Positions 36,901 to 45,745 of a stretch of 64,000 nt of DNA are shown here, piece after piece. Numbering within the stretch: position 1 is the first letter of the stretch; every line of letters begins with the position of its first letter. Source of the DNA: Planctomycetota bacterium. GTDB taxonomy: Bacteria; Planctomycetota; SZUA-567; H5-PLA8. The stretch covers positions 19,023 through 83,022 of the forward strand of contig DATGGK010000038.1 of assembly GCA_035308565.1 (NCBI GenBank), written 5' to 3'. The notes under the pieces are model-generated. The model made no database searches. It had not been told where the DNA came from and was given only the letters and a program-made list of their open reading frames with translations. Both the position numbers and the translations under genes were made by a program.

Positions 36901-37340
36901 AGCGGCACGAAGACGCCGGGGCGTTCGGTCTTCGACAAAAACATGACAACTTGCGTGCCCGCCTGCAAGCCGTGATGAACCGTGTCCCAATTGAAACTGT
37001 TGAAGCCTTCGAGTTCGATAAATTTCGGCGCTTCGCCGCGCAGCGTTTTTTTGACGAGCGCGACGGCACGGAACGGGCCGCCCGCGACGATTTCGACTTC
37101 GGCGATCACGTCGGACGCAAGAACCGACACATCAAAGCCGGGATCGGGCGGCGGTTCGATGTTCATGGCGCTGGCTGTGAATGTAAAGAACAGAAGTGCC
37201 GCCACGCAGGCACGCGCGTTCGTGTTTCGCGTGAGGTGTGGGAGGGGCTTCTTGTCGCTGCGCGGCCCACCCCGCTGGGTTGGGCCACCCACGGCGCGCG
37301 TTTGCGCGTCAAAAATTCGAGTGGCTGGATTTTTGATCAT
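33903..37340 (-). CDS. HEAT/PBS-lyase-type repeat protein (about 1,145 aa)
   Basis: Recurrent HEAT-like units (VRYYAAESLGKRKAKSALDLLVKLLDDFDDDVKAAAAQALGELRD; RIRETAARALSLRRERAAIPGLVKAL). ATG 37340 overlaps the upstream TGA as ATGA. Alternative ATG at 37370. Confidence 0.8.
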   Translation of the reverse strand: MIKNPATRIFDAQTRAVGGPTQRGGPRSDKKPLPHLTRNTNARACVAALLFFTFTASAMNIEPPPDPGFDVSVLASDVIAEVEIVAGGPFRAVALVKKTLRGEAPKFIELEGFNSFNWDTVHHGLQAGTQVVMFLSKTERPGVFVPLTPAAPRFAITSDGVMVAFGDPPLRFPVKSGALEEGLSLLIERNASGKTPSRAGAYLRGLWEQGEIESRYIAVEMAGSLHEESALPLLVEASKDKLLKLRVRSIEALGKIGTPAAIGALRSLLADDKKTVAREAARALTLLRDADSIPALLEWTRKNSAASKNGTGALSDTDQTKTESVALQAINLAQMSGPFIDAPKVARTLLEIAHSPSEKLSRAALDACMAVAPVESVPALIELAQDRLFDSRDHAFLLLRRMALKPVRDIDEFQTWWKDAGSKFNEDARRDAAEAAARGLAQADNYDDRHKFLDTLRGMPGGIAVVSASPFLLNAKASANFGEDDLAAWNTPLVAPFLVERLGRDSASGRRAALEALAALCAKSSRLNSALWPLIRAHLAERDASLRREAESAVGALSQPDGIVAMLDACAARGQFEPEDCTKNIYTLTARTFGLSLHEPVEDQDTARRHLRGWWEGARHTFKPLFVTTPVNPYAIFPGEATRLRVYGSLDDSARMAKLEALALAEDSDISEAAFGVLIAERGADDAFWKKMLTQGRLRDRARGLIGSLGSSALTADLVKRLSSKDDAEPPLARALSLLSLAAPNSSAGSNTDGVKAIAAWLKSSDLVPTHPLKRLGVLCLGLASKEPDSLAYLNEIVDGALKTDAPDPDAPPKADDPQSVYNLLRSALIALCARDDGNAALLKLLNDSPEARIRETAARALSLRRERAAIPGLVKALDKSDRYTWLDLTHVLEPLLNADDGAVLGQMLESLNNTTRAAAVWILSRKPDWYNDAQMRAKLLTALSDDSSLVRYYAAESLGKRKAKSALDLLVKLLDDFDDDVKAAAAQALGELRDKDACVAASKAALGMFKVDARWMKALAISGNQRYFADIMKLANSNIYMEQRAGLEALAASDSDTAKDYLMKIYHDENQPMQSYAGDLIAARSDALELLKSDLESKVKTVRARAYHLLARINTPASRSAIESAEKTEDDADLKLMLEWALKR

Positions 37341-39793
37341 GGCATTCCGCTCCGTTTGCGCAGAAACCATTCGCCGCAGAACAGCGCGACGATCAGGACA
37401 AAAATCCAGGGGCGGTCCCAGAGGTCGCTGTCGCGGTGCGTGATGATCGGGTGGGTGGCTTCTTGCAGATTCTTGGGAAGCTCGGCGATTTTCTCGATCG
37501 GAAAATACTTTCCGCCGCTTTTTTCGGCGAGCATTTTGAGCAGCTCAACGTTCTGACCGGTCTGGCGCAACTCAGCCGTGGCGGGGCGGACTTGCAGAAT
37601 GGCTTTGTCGCGGCCGAGTTCTTCCTTACCGAGCTTCGCGACGGCTTCGATTTCGTAGCGCCCGACGCCGCCGAGGTCCAGCTTGCGGAAATACATGCCG
37701 GGGTCTTCGATCTTGGCAAAGGCGTTGACCGTCTGCGATTTTCCGTCGGGGCCGGTGAGCGTCAGTTTCACTTCGGCTTCGGTAGTCGGATCGAGGTCCT
37801 GGTTGAGCACCTTCACGTACACATCGGGGACTTCGCCGCGTCCGTACACGAGACGATCGGTCTCGATGTTCACAAGTTGGTTCGGCGCTTTCATGCGGTA
37901 TTCGGCGAGCCAGCGCACGGCGTTTTTCCAGAAATTCTTATAGTACAAATTGCGGTTCTGCAAATCCGTCTCGCCGGGCGGGCCCCACGAATCTTCCCAT
38001 TCGGTGCCCCAGCTTCCGGTCGTGTCGGTGGTGAAGGCCATCGAGCGGCCGGCACCGTATTGCTGAGCTGCGAGCAGGATTGCAGGGCCGTAAATTGTGT
38101 CGTATTGGTCGTCGGCGACGACGGCAAGGGGAATCACGGTGGGTTTGGGACGAGTCGTCTTGGAAAAGCCATGAAAAATCGGCAAGCGATCCCAGGCCTT
38201 GCGCGATTTCTCCTCGTCTTTGCTCGAATCCACCAGCAAGAGCGGGTGCGGCGTGCCATTGGCACCGGCGTGCCACGCTTCTTCCGGAATCTTCCATCGG
38301 AAATCTTCATGGTCCACGTGATCATCGTTCGCGTTCATTTCAACGGGAAGCATACGGTCGATGATAGTCCCGGCGTATTTGCCTTCGCCGAACGCATCGT
38401 AGCCGCCGACCATGGCGAAGCCGCCACCGTGCTTGCCCACGAAATCGACCTGCGCCTGAATCTGCTCTTCGGTGAAAAAATCATACGGAATGTCGGAACT
38501 GATGATCACGTCGTATTGATAAAGCTCCTTCTTCGTCTTCGGAAAACCTTCCTTAACGTCTTTAATGTCGTCAATCGGATTGTTCGGATCCGGCGTCCAG
38601 TTTTTGTTTTTGGCAAGAAAATCCATTTCGATGTCGCCGTCTTCCTCGACAGCCCTCTGGAGAAATTGGTGTTCCCACCAGTGCTGCATCGGATGGCTGT
38701 AGTACATGCCTTCGGATTTGCTGTCGTAAACTTTGTGGATGAACATGCTGCCTTCCATGTAGAGCACTTTCAATTTGCGCGAAAAGGCGACGAAGCCGAA
38801 GCCCATGGTGTTGTTGGCGATCACCAATTCGCCGGGGAACGGCTCGACGGTCGCTTCGTATTCGAGGAAGCCTTGCGCGTCCGAGGGCGGTTTGACGGCG
38901 TCGAAGAGCGCGGTCCCCAAGCCATTTTTCAATTCGACATCCTGCGTGTATTGAACCTGGCCGTTGCGCGAGATCGTGACTTTGTGCTTGCCATCGGGCA
39001 GGCCGGTCGCGCGCACGTCCACGGCGATGCGCGCGAGCGTGTCCTTGCTGACGACGCGGTTGCAGCGCACTTGCGTGATCGCAAGGTCCTGCTGGTCGAG
39101 CGCGCCGACTCCGACCGTGTAGATGGGAATGCCGAGGCGTTTATATTGAGCGGCGACGCGCTCGATTTCGCCGCGCGCGGTGTCCGCGCCGTCGGTGACG
39201 ACGATCAGCCCGCCGGCGTCGGGGCCTTTGAGACGCGCGAGCGATTCGCTCAGCGCGCGCGCGATGTCGGTGCTTTCGCCGAGAGCTTTGAGATCGCCGC
39301 TGAAAACCGCGACGTCATAGGCGCTGTTCTGCGGCATCATGCGCGACGCGCCGCTGAAGGCTTCCATCTGCACGGCGAAACTTTTGGTCAGCGCGGGAAG
39401 CAGTGCGTCGCGGTCCGGCGGGACGGGCTCGCGCGCGTCCGCGGATTTCGCCAGCGCCAGTTCGCCGGCCAGCGCCGATTTGACGCGCTCCATGCGCGAG
39501 GGGCCTTTGCGCGCATCGGCGAAGGACATGCTTTCGCTGTCGTCGATAAGCACGGTCAGGCGGCTCTTTTTGTCTTCAGACGAGAATTGGCGCTGAATCG
39601 GATCGAGCAGGCACAAGAGCAGCAGCGTCCACGCGGCGATGCGCATCCATTTAAGCAGCTTCAAGCGCGCGGGCTTGACTTCCGTCGCGCGGCGGCGATA
39701 GCCGCGCAGCGTAAAGTAGCCTGTGCCCGCGCCCAGCAGGACAATCGACCACCAGGGCCAGGGAGTACCGAGTAAGAGGGGGAATTGATCCAT
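37337..39793 (-). CDS. BatA-like membrane protein: N-terminal double-TM domain, VWA domain, C-terminal amidotransferase-like domain
   Basis: MDQFPLLLGTPWPWWSIVLL plus a second TM helix. MIDAS-like LTVLIDDSESMS and GLIVVTDGADT. 818 aa. Confidence 0.8.
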   Translation of the reverse strand: MDQFPLLLGTPWPWWSIVLLGAGTGYFTLRGYRRRATEVKPARLKLLKWMRIAAWTLLLLCLLDPIQRQFSSEDKKSRLTVLIDDSESMSFADARKGPSRMERVKSALAGELALAKSADAREPVPPDRDALLPALTKSFAVQMEAFSGASRMMPQNSAYDVAVFSGDLKALGESTDIARALSESLARLKGPDAGGLIVVTDGADTARGEIERVAAQYKRLGIPIYTVGVGALDQQDLAITQVRCNRVVSKDTLARIAVDVRATGLPDGKHKVTISRNGQVQYTQDVELKNGLGTALFDAVKPPSDAQGFLEYEATVEPFPGELVIANNTMGFGFVAFSRKLKVLYMEGSMFIHKVYDSKSEGMYYSHPMQHWWEHQFLQRAVEEDGDIEMDFLAKNKNWTPDPNNPIDDIKDVKEGFPKTKKELYQYDVIISSDIPYDFFTEEQIQAQVDFVGKHGGGFAMVGGYDAFGEGKYAGTIIDRMLPVEMNANDDHVDHEDFRWKIPEEAWHAGANGTPHPLLLVDSSKDEEKSRKAWDRLPIFHGFSKTTRPKPTVIPLAVVADDQYDTIYGPAILLAAQQYGAGRSMAFTTDTTGSWGTEWEDSWGPPGETDLQNRNLYYKNFWKNAVRWLAEYRMKAPNQLVNIETDRLVYGRGEVPDVYVKVLNQDLDPTTEAEVKLTLTGPDGKSQTVNAFAKIEDPGMYFRKLDLGGVGRYEIEAVAKLGKEELGRDKAILQVRPATAELRQTGQNVELLKMLAEKSGGKYFPIEKIAELPKNLQEATHPIITHRDSDLWDRPWIFVLIVALFCGEWFLRKRSGMP

Positions 39794-39801
39794 GAAACTG
39801 C

Positions 39802-39930
39802 CTATTTGTCATTTGTCATTGGGCATTTGTCATTTGGCATTTTTAATCGAGTTGCGCCAAATAACAAATGGAGAGCGTGCGCGGCGGTTCAATGACAAAT
39901 GACAAATGACAAATCAAAAATGACAAATGG
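39802..39930. repeat. Heptamer-stem hairpin, atttgtc family, copy 1
   Basis: The left arm is rich in atttgtc units (ctatttgtcatttgtcattgggcatttgtcatttggca). The right arm is aatgacaaatgacaaatgacaaatcaaaaatgacaaatgg. The centre contains ccaaataacaaatgg. It fills the 144-nt gap between the DUF4175-like and VWA genes. Confidence 0.8.
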
Positions 39931-39937
39931 TCAGTTG

Positions 39938-42900
39938 CTACTTCCGTTCTTCTTCGTTGTCCTTTGAAAGCGCCTCGTAATATTTCTCGACCAGCACGCG
40001 GTAGTCGCGCGGCGCTTCTTCGGTTTCGTCGGATTTGATCGGGCGCGCTTTCAGCAAGCGTTCCTGGCGTTCGAGCGCGCCTTGAGCGATGTCGTCCATG
40101 TTGCGGCGGATGTGTTCAAAGTTTGCGCCGCCCATGTTTTTCTGGCCGAGCTGCGGCGGGCCTTCGGGCTTGGAGGAATTGTTTTCGTTTTTCTGCGCCG
40201 CTTGCTCCATCGCGCCCATCGCCTCTTTCATTTTCAAGCGTTCTGGCGCGTTGGGTTCGAGGCGCTCAAGCTTCAACTTCAGCTTTTCCATCTGCTGCTT
40301 GAGCTGCTCCTTGCGTTCCTCAGCGAGCTTCTTCGCGGCCTCGGAATTTTCCTGTGCCTGCGGCTGTTCATTCTTCGCTTCAGTTTTGCGATTCGGATCG
40401 GGCTTCGTCGGGTCGTTGGCTTTGGTCGCATCCTTTGGATCGCCCTGCTTGTTCGCCTGCGACGGATTGTTCGATTGATTGTTGGCCTGCTGATTCTGCG
40501 AATTCTGCTGAGGATTGTTGGCCTGCTGATTCTTCTGGTTCTCATTCTTTTGATCCGAATTCTTCTGATCGTTGGGCTTCGCGTTCGGATCGTTCTTTTC
40601 GAGCGCCTTTGCGGTTTCGGCGGCTTGGCGCGCGGCCTCTTCCATCGCCTTGAGGCGCTCAAGCTGCGAGTTGCGTGCTTCCGCGGCGAAGTCGTCGATC
40701 TGCTTGTCCACCTTGTTGAGCGTCTGGATGAAATCCTCGCCCTTCTTCGCGGCTTCGGTCGGCGTCTTCGCGCTGGTTTGGTCGTCGGGTTTCTTGTCGG
40801 TGCCGAAGCGCTTCATGTCGCCGGCGTTCTTTTCCATGTTCTTGGGCAATTCAGTTTTCTGCGTCAAATCGCGCGCTTCGGCCGCGGCCTGGCTCGCAGC
40901 CGGGTTGGCGTCTTTGGCCATTTCCTTCAAACCTTCGAGCGCTTGATCGAGCTTGCGCGCGTCGCGCGCGGCTTGATCCTGTTTGTTCGCGGCCTCGTCG
41001 CGCTTGGCGGCTTCGGGCTGGTCGAGTTTGGCGCCGGCCGGCTTGTCGGGGACGTCCTTGATAGCGTTGTTGGCTTTCTCCTGATTTTCCTTCGCGGCGT
41101 TGGCGAGGGCCTTGGCTTCCTTGGCTTTTTCTTCCATGGTTTTGCCCGCGGCGCGTTCGTAATCGGCGACCGCCTGATTCAGCGCTTGCTCGGTTTTTTC
41201 CGCGGCGGACTTCGCGGTGGAATCGTTGCGTTCGCGCATCGCCTGCGCGGCTTGGTCGGCTTGCTTGGCGGCGTGTTCCAGGATGTTCTTCGCGTCGTCG
41301 TGCAGATTCTGATGGCGCAACGTCTGGAGCTTGGTGGAGGCGTCGGCCAGTTCGCGCGCGGCGTCGCCCACTTTGTCCTGGCGGTTGGGAAGGTCGGGCG
41401 CGTTGTGTTTGTCTTTGTCGGCGAGGTCCTTGCCGATGTCGCCTTGTTCTTTCTGCGCGGCTTGGAGCTTTTTCATGGCGGCGGCCATCTGTTTCATGTC
41501 GCCGGCGTCAGTGTTCTGTTTGGCTTGCTGAAGTTTTTCGGCAAGCTGCTGCAGCGCTTTCTCGGCGTTCTTCGCTTCGCGCGCGGCTTCGTCCTGCTTG
41601 CCCGAACTCATCGCCTGCGCGGCTTTGTCGGCCGCCTGATTCGCAGGAGAATTTTCGTTGCTCTGCCGCTTGGCCTGTTCGATGTCGTTTGCGCCGCCCA
41701 AGCCCTCCTCTTGGGCTTTGTCGCCAAGACTCTTCAGCGTTTCGTTGAGCGCGGCGAGATCATTTTTGACGTCGGCCTGCTTCGCCGCCTGCTCGCGCAT
41801 CGTTTGTTCGGCGCTGGGCTGGCCTCCCTGACCTTGTTGTTGAGCGGTCTGCTCACCCTTCTTGGACTCGCCGCCCTGTTGTTGAGCGCTCTGTTGCTCG
41901 CCCTTCTTGGGTTCGCCGCCTTGCTGCTGCGCGGATTGCTGTTCGCCTTTTTGTGGCTGCTGGCCGTTTTGCTGCTGAGCGCTCTGTTTTTCGCCGCTCT
42001 TTTGCTCGCCGTTTTGCTGCTGTTCGTTTTTGGCGGATTGCGGCTGGCCTTCCTTCTTTTCAGCATTCTGCTCGTTCTTCTGCTGGCCTTTTTGCTGCTC
42101 GTTTTGAGCCTGCTGCATTTTTTCGGCGATATCCTGCTGGCGGTTGGCGAGTTCCTCGGCTTGCTTCTGAGCGTTGTCCAATTGTTGGCGCGTTTGTTTT
42201 TGCAGCGCTTGCTCCAGCGCGCGCTTGGCTTCGCGGCTGTTCTGTTGCGCCTGACGGTTTTGGTCTTTCGCATTCTCCAGACTGCGCGGCTGGTTGGGCT
42301 GCTTAAGTTCGTTTTGAGCCTGCTTGGCTTTGTCCGCGGCCTGCTGCATTTTGTCCTGAGCGGGCTTCAGATCGTCGTTGCGATCAGCCAAATCTTCAAG
42401 CTTGCGCGCGCGATCCTCGGCCTCCTTGGCGAGCTTCTCGGCGGCGTCTTCAGCCTTCTTCTGCAATTCGCGCTTCTGTTCTTCCTGCTGCTTGCGCTCT
42501 TCGGATTGCGGGTCGCCCTGCGGCGGCTGCTGTTTCTTCTCGTTGAGTTCCTCAAGCTGCCGGTCGAGTTCCTTCTGGCGCTCCATCATCGGCGGCATCT
42601 GCGTCAGTTGCTCTTTGGCCTGCTGCTGGTCCTGTTGCTGTTGCTCCTGATCCTTCTTCTGATTCTTCTTCGAATTTTTGTTCATTGCCATCTTGAAGCG
42701 CGGGTCGCCTTCCTTGTCGGAGAGCAACAGGCGGCGCGTTTCGCTCAAGTGCCGCAGCGCTTCGTTCATCGGCTTGACGGCGGCGGGCGTGTCGGGCTTC
42801 TTCAATTCGGCTTCGGCCAGCGCCATCTTCACGATGGCGTCTTCCATGTGCTTCATTTCTTTTTCGCCGAGCGCGGGTTTGTGCTGCTCGCCGCCGGGCT

Positions 42901-44803
42901 GCGGGTCGCCTTCTTTCGGCTTTGCTTCAGCTTCAGGATTCGCGGCCTGTTCGAGTTCTTTCTTGACTTCGTCGATCAACTTTTCGACGCGCGCGCGCAG
43001 TTGCGCTTGGCCCTCGTTGGTCTTCGACGCCGCCACCTTTTCGCCGTCGGCAGCTTTGGCGCGGTCGGCTTCCTCTTTATCGCGCAAACTTTCGTGCTGG
43101 CGCGCCTGAGCGAAATCGTCTTTCAGGATTTTCTTCTGCGCATCGATGAGCTTGTCGAGCTGCTTGATTTCGGGCGGCGTGCCCTGCTGCTTCTTATCTT
43201 TCTTCTTGGGATCTTTTTCGTTGTCGTATTTTTCCTCGTCGTAGACGGTGATGAAATGAATGTCGCTCTTGCTCATCTTCGGTCCGCCGGCGGTGACGGT
43301 GTCGTTGTCCATCGCGTAGGCGTAATAGCTGATCACTTCGCCGCCTTTCAAATCCATCTGGCCGAGTTCCCAGACGAGTTTGCCATCCACGTGAAGCGGG
43401 GTCGGGTCGAGGCGCCGCACCATTAATTGTTTCTCTTCCATGCCGAGGCTGTGGAAGATGCCGATTTCGCGCACGCCGATGTCGTCGTCAGCGCTGATTT
43501 CGACTTCGACCGTCTGTTCCTTGTGGACCATCAAATCTTTTTCGGGCTTCTTGATGCGCACGGTCGGGTAGCGGTCTTTGAGCGCTTTGATTTGGAACAG
43601 CGCGCCCGCGCCGGGATTGCCGTCAGCGTCGGCGATCTTCACCTGATAGTCGTCGTCTTTGTCCACATCGAAAACAATCGAAGCCTTGCGCGCTTCGGCG
43701 GATTCAAACGAGCCGGGCACTTCGGCGCGCTTCGATTTGAACGCGATGGAGGCGCGGCCGAGATCGACGTTGGATTTCACATCGACGTGAATTTTGCTGC
43801 CGCGCAGCGCGCGCACGTCGCCGGTGCCGGGCGGAAGGGCTTCGATGCCTTTGCCGGTGTAGGCCGGGTGTTCGATGCGCAGCGCGAATTCGGTGATCTC
43901 AGGCTTCTTGTATACTTTGATTCTGTATTCATCGGATTCGGTGTCGCCGGCGTGAATCTTGTAGCGCGCGGTGTCAAGCAAGCGGCGCAGCGTGGCTTTG
44001 TACAAGCCGTCTTCGGCGCGGTCCATGGGGCGGTCTTCCCAATGGCTTTCCTTCTCGTCGCCGATCAGGACGGAGAGCGTCGCGGTCTCGGGAAGCTTGC
44101 CGTCGAGCTGGACTTTGATTTCGACACTGGATTCGATCTCGGCTTTGTCGTTGCCCGGATAGACGTTTTTGATTTCAGTGAGCGTCGGCGCGGCGATGTT
44201 GGCGGTTGGCTTCATGAAGCGCGCCCACGTGATCGCGAAGAGCCGGCTGTTTTTCGCGGCGTAAAGGGCCATGAGCGCCGCGAGCACGAAGGCGATGCCG
44301 AAGGCGCAGGCGAGTTGCTTCCAGCGGATGGTGCGTTTGAAATCGAGCGGTTCGGAACGTTCGCCGGCTTGATTAACCAGCGCCGCGACCAAAAGAGGGC
44401 TTGCGAATTTGCGGGCTTTTTCTTTATCGGCGCCGAATTCGAGCGCTGTTGAAAGCTGCTGTTCGAGCTGCGGGTAGACGCCTTCGACTTCGCGCGCCGA
44501 TTGGATTGTGTTGCCGAGTTTGCGCCAGGGGCGATAGACGAAATGGAAGAGCGAGAAGGCCACGGCGATGACTGTGGAGAGCAGCACGAAGACGCGCGTG
44601 CCGACCGCGAGCTTGAAGACAATATCCGCCGCGCTGAAGCCGAGGAACGCCGCGACGAAGACCGCGAGTGCCGCGAGCAGGCCGGTGCCGAGGTATTTGG
44701 CGCGCTGGCGGTTGCGCACGCCATCCACGCGCGAGCGGATGCGCCGCCAGGAACGGTCGGCGGATTCTTCAAGGACCTGCGGAGTGGTGCCAGTCGAGAG
44801 CAT
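39938..44803 (-). CDS. DUF4175-like membrane protein with ~1,000-aa K/E/Q/A-rich coiled-coil/low-complexity region
   Basis: N-terminal TM helices (YLGTGLLAALAVFVAAFLGFSAADIVF...VFVLLSTVIAVAFSLF), then an Ig-like region, then extreme charged low complexity. ATG 44803 has GGAGA 9 nt upstream; the track start at 44812 is TTG. Confidence 0.8.
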   Translation of the reverse strand: MLSTGTTPQVLEESADRSWRRIRSRVDGVRNRQRAKYLGTGLLAALAVFVAAFLGFSAADIVFKLAVGTRVFVLLSTVIAVAFSLFHFVYRPWRKLGNTIQSAREVEGVYPQLEQQLSTALEFGADKEKARKFASPLLVAALVNQAGERSEPLDFKRTIRWKQLACAFGIAFVLAALMALYAAKNSRLFAITWARFMKPTANIAAPTLTEIKNVYPGNDKAEIESSVEIKVQLDGKLPETATLSVLIGDEKESHWEDRPMDRAEDGLYKATLRRLLDTARYKIHAGDTESDEYRIKVYKKPEITEFALRIEHPAYTGKGIEALPPGTGDVRALRGSKIHVDVKSNVDLGRASIAFKSKRAEVPGSFESAEARKASIVFDVDKDDDYQVKIADADGNPGAGALFQIKALKDRYPTVRIKKPEKDLMVHKEQTVEVEISADDDIGVREIGIFHSLGMEEKQLMVRRLDPTPLHVDGKLVWELGQMDLKGGEVISYYAYAMDNDTVTAGGPKMSKSDIHFITVYDEEKYDNEKDPKKKDKKQQGTPPEIKQLDKLIDAQKKILKDDFAQARQHESLRDKEEADRAKAADGEKVAASKTNEGQAQLRARVEKLIDEVKKELEQAANPEAEAKPKEGDPQPGGEQHKPALGEKEMKHMEDAIVKMALAEAELKKPDTPAAVKPMNEALRHLSETRRLLLSDKEGDPRFKMAMNKNSKKNQKKDQEQQQQDQQQAKEQLTQMPPMMERQKELDRQLEELNEKKQQPPQGDPQSEERKQQEEQKRELQKKAEDAAEKLAKEAEDRARKLEDLADRNDDLKPAQDKMQQAADKAKQAQNELKQPNQPRSLENAKDQNRQAQQNSREAKRALEQALQKQTRQQLDNAQKQAEELANRQQDIAEKMQQAQNEQQKGQQKNEQNAEKKEGQPQSAKNEQQQNGEQKSGEKQSAQQQNGQQPQKGEQQSAQQQGGEPKKGEQQSAQQQGGESKKGEQTAQQQGQGGQPSAEQTMREQAAKQADVKNDLAALNETLKSLGDKAQEEGLGGANDIEQAKRQSNENSPANQAADKAAQAMSSGKQDEAAREAKNAEKALQQLAEKLQQAKQNTDAGDMKQMAAAMKKLQAAQKEQGDIGKDLADKDKHNAPDLPNRQDKVGDAARELADASTKLQTLRHQNLHDDAKNILEHAAKQADQAAQAMRERNDSTAKSAAEKTEQALNQAVADYERAAGKTMEEKAKEAKALANAAKENQEKANNAIKDVPDKPAGAKLDQPEAAKRDEAANKQDQAARDARKLDQALEGLKEMAKDANPAASQAAAEARDLTQKTELPKNMEKNAGDMKRFGTDKKPDDQTSAKTPTEAAKKGEDFIQTLNKVDKQIDDFAAEARNSQLERLKAMEEAARQAAETAKALEKNDPNAKPNDQKNSDQKNENQKNQQANNPQQNSQNQQANNQSNNPSQANKQGDPKDATKANDPTKPDPNRKTEAKNEQPQAQENSEAAKKLAEERKEQLKQQMEKLKLKLERLEPNAPERLKMKEAMGAMEQAAQKNENNSSKPEGPPQLGQKNMGGANFEHIRRNMDDIAQGALERQERLLKARPIKSDETEEAPRDYRVLVEKYYEALSKDNEEERK
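41830..42010 (-). repeat. About 42-nt (14-aa) tandem repeat within the DUF4175-like gene
   Basis: About 4 units of KGEQQSAQQQGGE(P/S)K: SGEKQSAQQQNGQQPQ / KGEQQSAQQQGGEPK / KGEQQSAQQQGGESK / KGEQTAQQQGQGGQP. Confidence 0.7.
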
Positions 44804-44942
44804 GGGCGTCAATCTCCGTGAGCACGGCGCTGCAAGTGAACCCTAAGAGCGTAGTGCGCTTTGTGGGCGGGTCAATACCTAAGATGAGTAAACACCGAAA
44901 ATGGGATTAGGACACGCTAAATTAACGATGAATGATGAATGA

Positions 44943-44979
44943 GGAACGATGAATAATTGCGTCCGAAAATTCATCGTTC
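44943..44979. repeat. Hairpin at the coaB 3' end (word gatgaat/aacgat)
   Basis: gaacgatgaat (44944-44954) pairs perfectly with attcatcgttc (44969-44979), with a 14-nt loop. It is flanked by the gatgaatgatgaatgag array (from ~44925). It overlaps the coaB stop at 44978. Confidence 0.65.
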
Positions 44980-45745
44980 ATCGTTTATCGCCTCGTTCCT
45001 TTGTTAGACGCAGTTGCGCGGCGAATCGAACCAGCTTTTTCGCGAAAATTTCTTTTGTGCCGGGCATGGGGATGGGGTCGGCGCCGGGTTGGATCAGGAG
45101 GAAATCGCCGGATCGGGCGCCGATGGTGCCGGGGGAGTTGAGGATAATGGCGTCGAGGTTTTTGGATTCGAGTTTGTGGAGCGCGGACTTCAACGCGGAA
45201 CGGCGGCGTGCGGCGGGCGTGCGGCCGGAACCGGTTTCGAGGGCGAAGCCGATCAGGACGAGGTTTTTGTGCGCGCGCTTGTAGCGACCGAGTTCTTTCA
45301 AGATGTCTCGCGTGGGCTTCAATTTCAGCAGGAAGCTGCCCTTCTTTTTGATTTTGATCGCTGAAAATCGCGCGGCTTGAAAATCGGCGACGGCAGCGTT
45401 CATGATCACGATGTCAGCGGTTTTGACGCATTCGAAGACCACGGCGCGCATCATTTCGGCGGTGCGGATAGGGAGCAGCGCGACTTTTTTTGGCGCGGCG
45501 CGAATGAGGTCGTCGCTGACTGGGCCGTGGACGAGGCGCACGCGATGGCCGGCTTTCACCGCGGCTTTGGCGAGCGCGAAGCCGAGCGTGCCGGAGGCGC
45601 GATTGGAGATGAAGCGGACGGGGTCGAGGGGTTCGACGGTGGGGCCGGCGGTGAAGAGGAAACGAATTTTTGGTTTTTTCACAGCCGACTTTGGAATCAC
45701 ATTACCTTGCCTGGGTACTTTCAAGCCTGATTTGTTCAAGCTCAT
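44978..45745 (-). CDS. coaB: Phosphopantothenate-cysteine ligase (CoaB half of Dfp), stand-alone
   Basis: KIRFLFTAGPTVEPLDPVRFISNRASGTLGFALAKAA...AAVADF is the CoaB signature. The start is uncertain. ATG 45745 overlaps the upstream gene by 44 nt. GTG 45700 lies 1 nt after its TAA. The track's 45907 start is over-extended. Confidence 0.8.
   Translation of the reverse strand: MSLNKSGLKVPRQGNVIPKSAVKKPKIRFLFTAGPTVEPLDPVRFISNRASGTLGFALAKAAVKAGHRVRLVHGPVSDDLIRAAPKKVALLPIRTAEMMRAVVFECVKTADIVIMNAAVADFQAARFSAIKIKKKGSFLLKLKPTRDILKELGRYKRAHKNLVLIGFALETGSGRTPAARRRSALKSALHKLESKNLDAIILNSPGTIGARSGDFLLIQPGADPIPMPGTKEIFAKKLVRFAAQLRLTKERGDKR

Noticed and set aside
37436-39775. 779-aa plus-strand ORF opposite the VWA gene. 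Similar long plus-strand ORFs at 14596-16878, 8065-9525, 18337-19797, 10577-11728 and 11680-12894.
   Set aside because: These are Arg/Ala/Gly/His-rich translations typical of high-GC shadow frames. The minus-strand frames carry recognisable domains (VWA MIDAS, beta-strand repeats, C25).
40082-43426. 1,114-aa plus-strand ORF, the second longest in the track
   Set aside because: It is the antisense shadow of the K/E/Q-rich DUF4175-like gene. Antisense GAA/AAG/CAG codons give an L/F/R-rich, stop-free frame. It has no start context, and the opposite strand carries TM helices, an SD and a coherent operon position.
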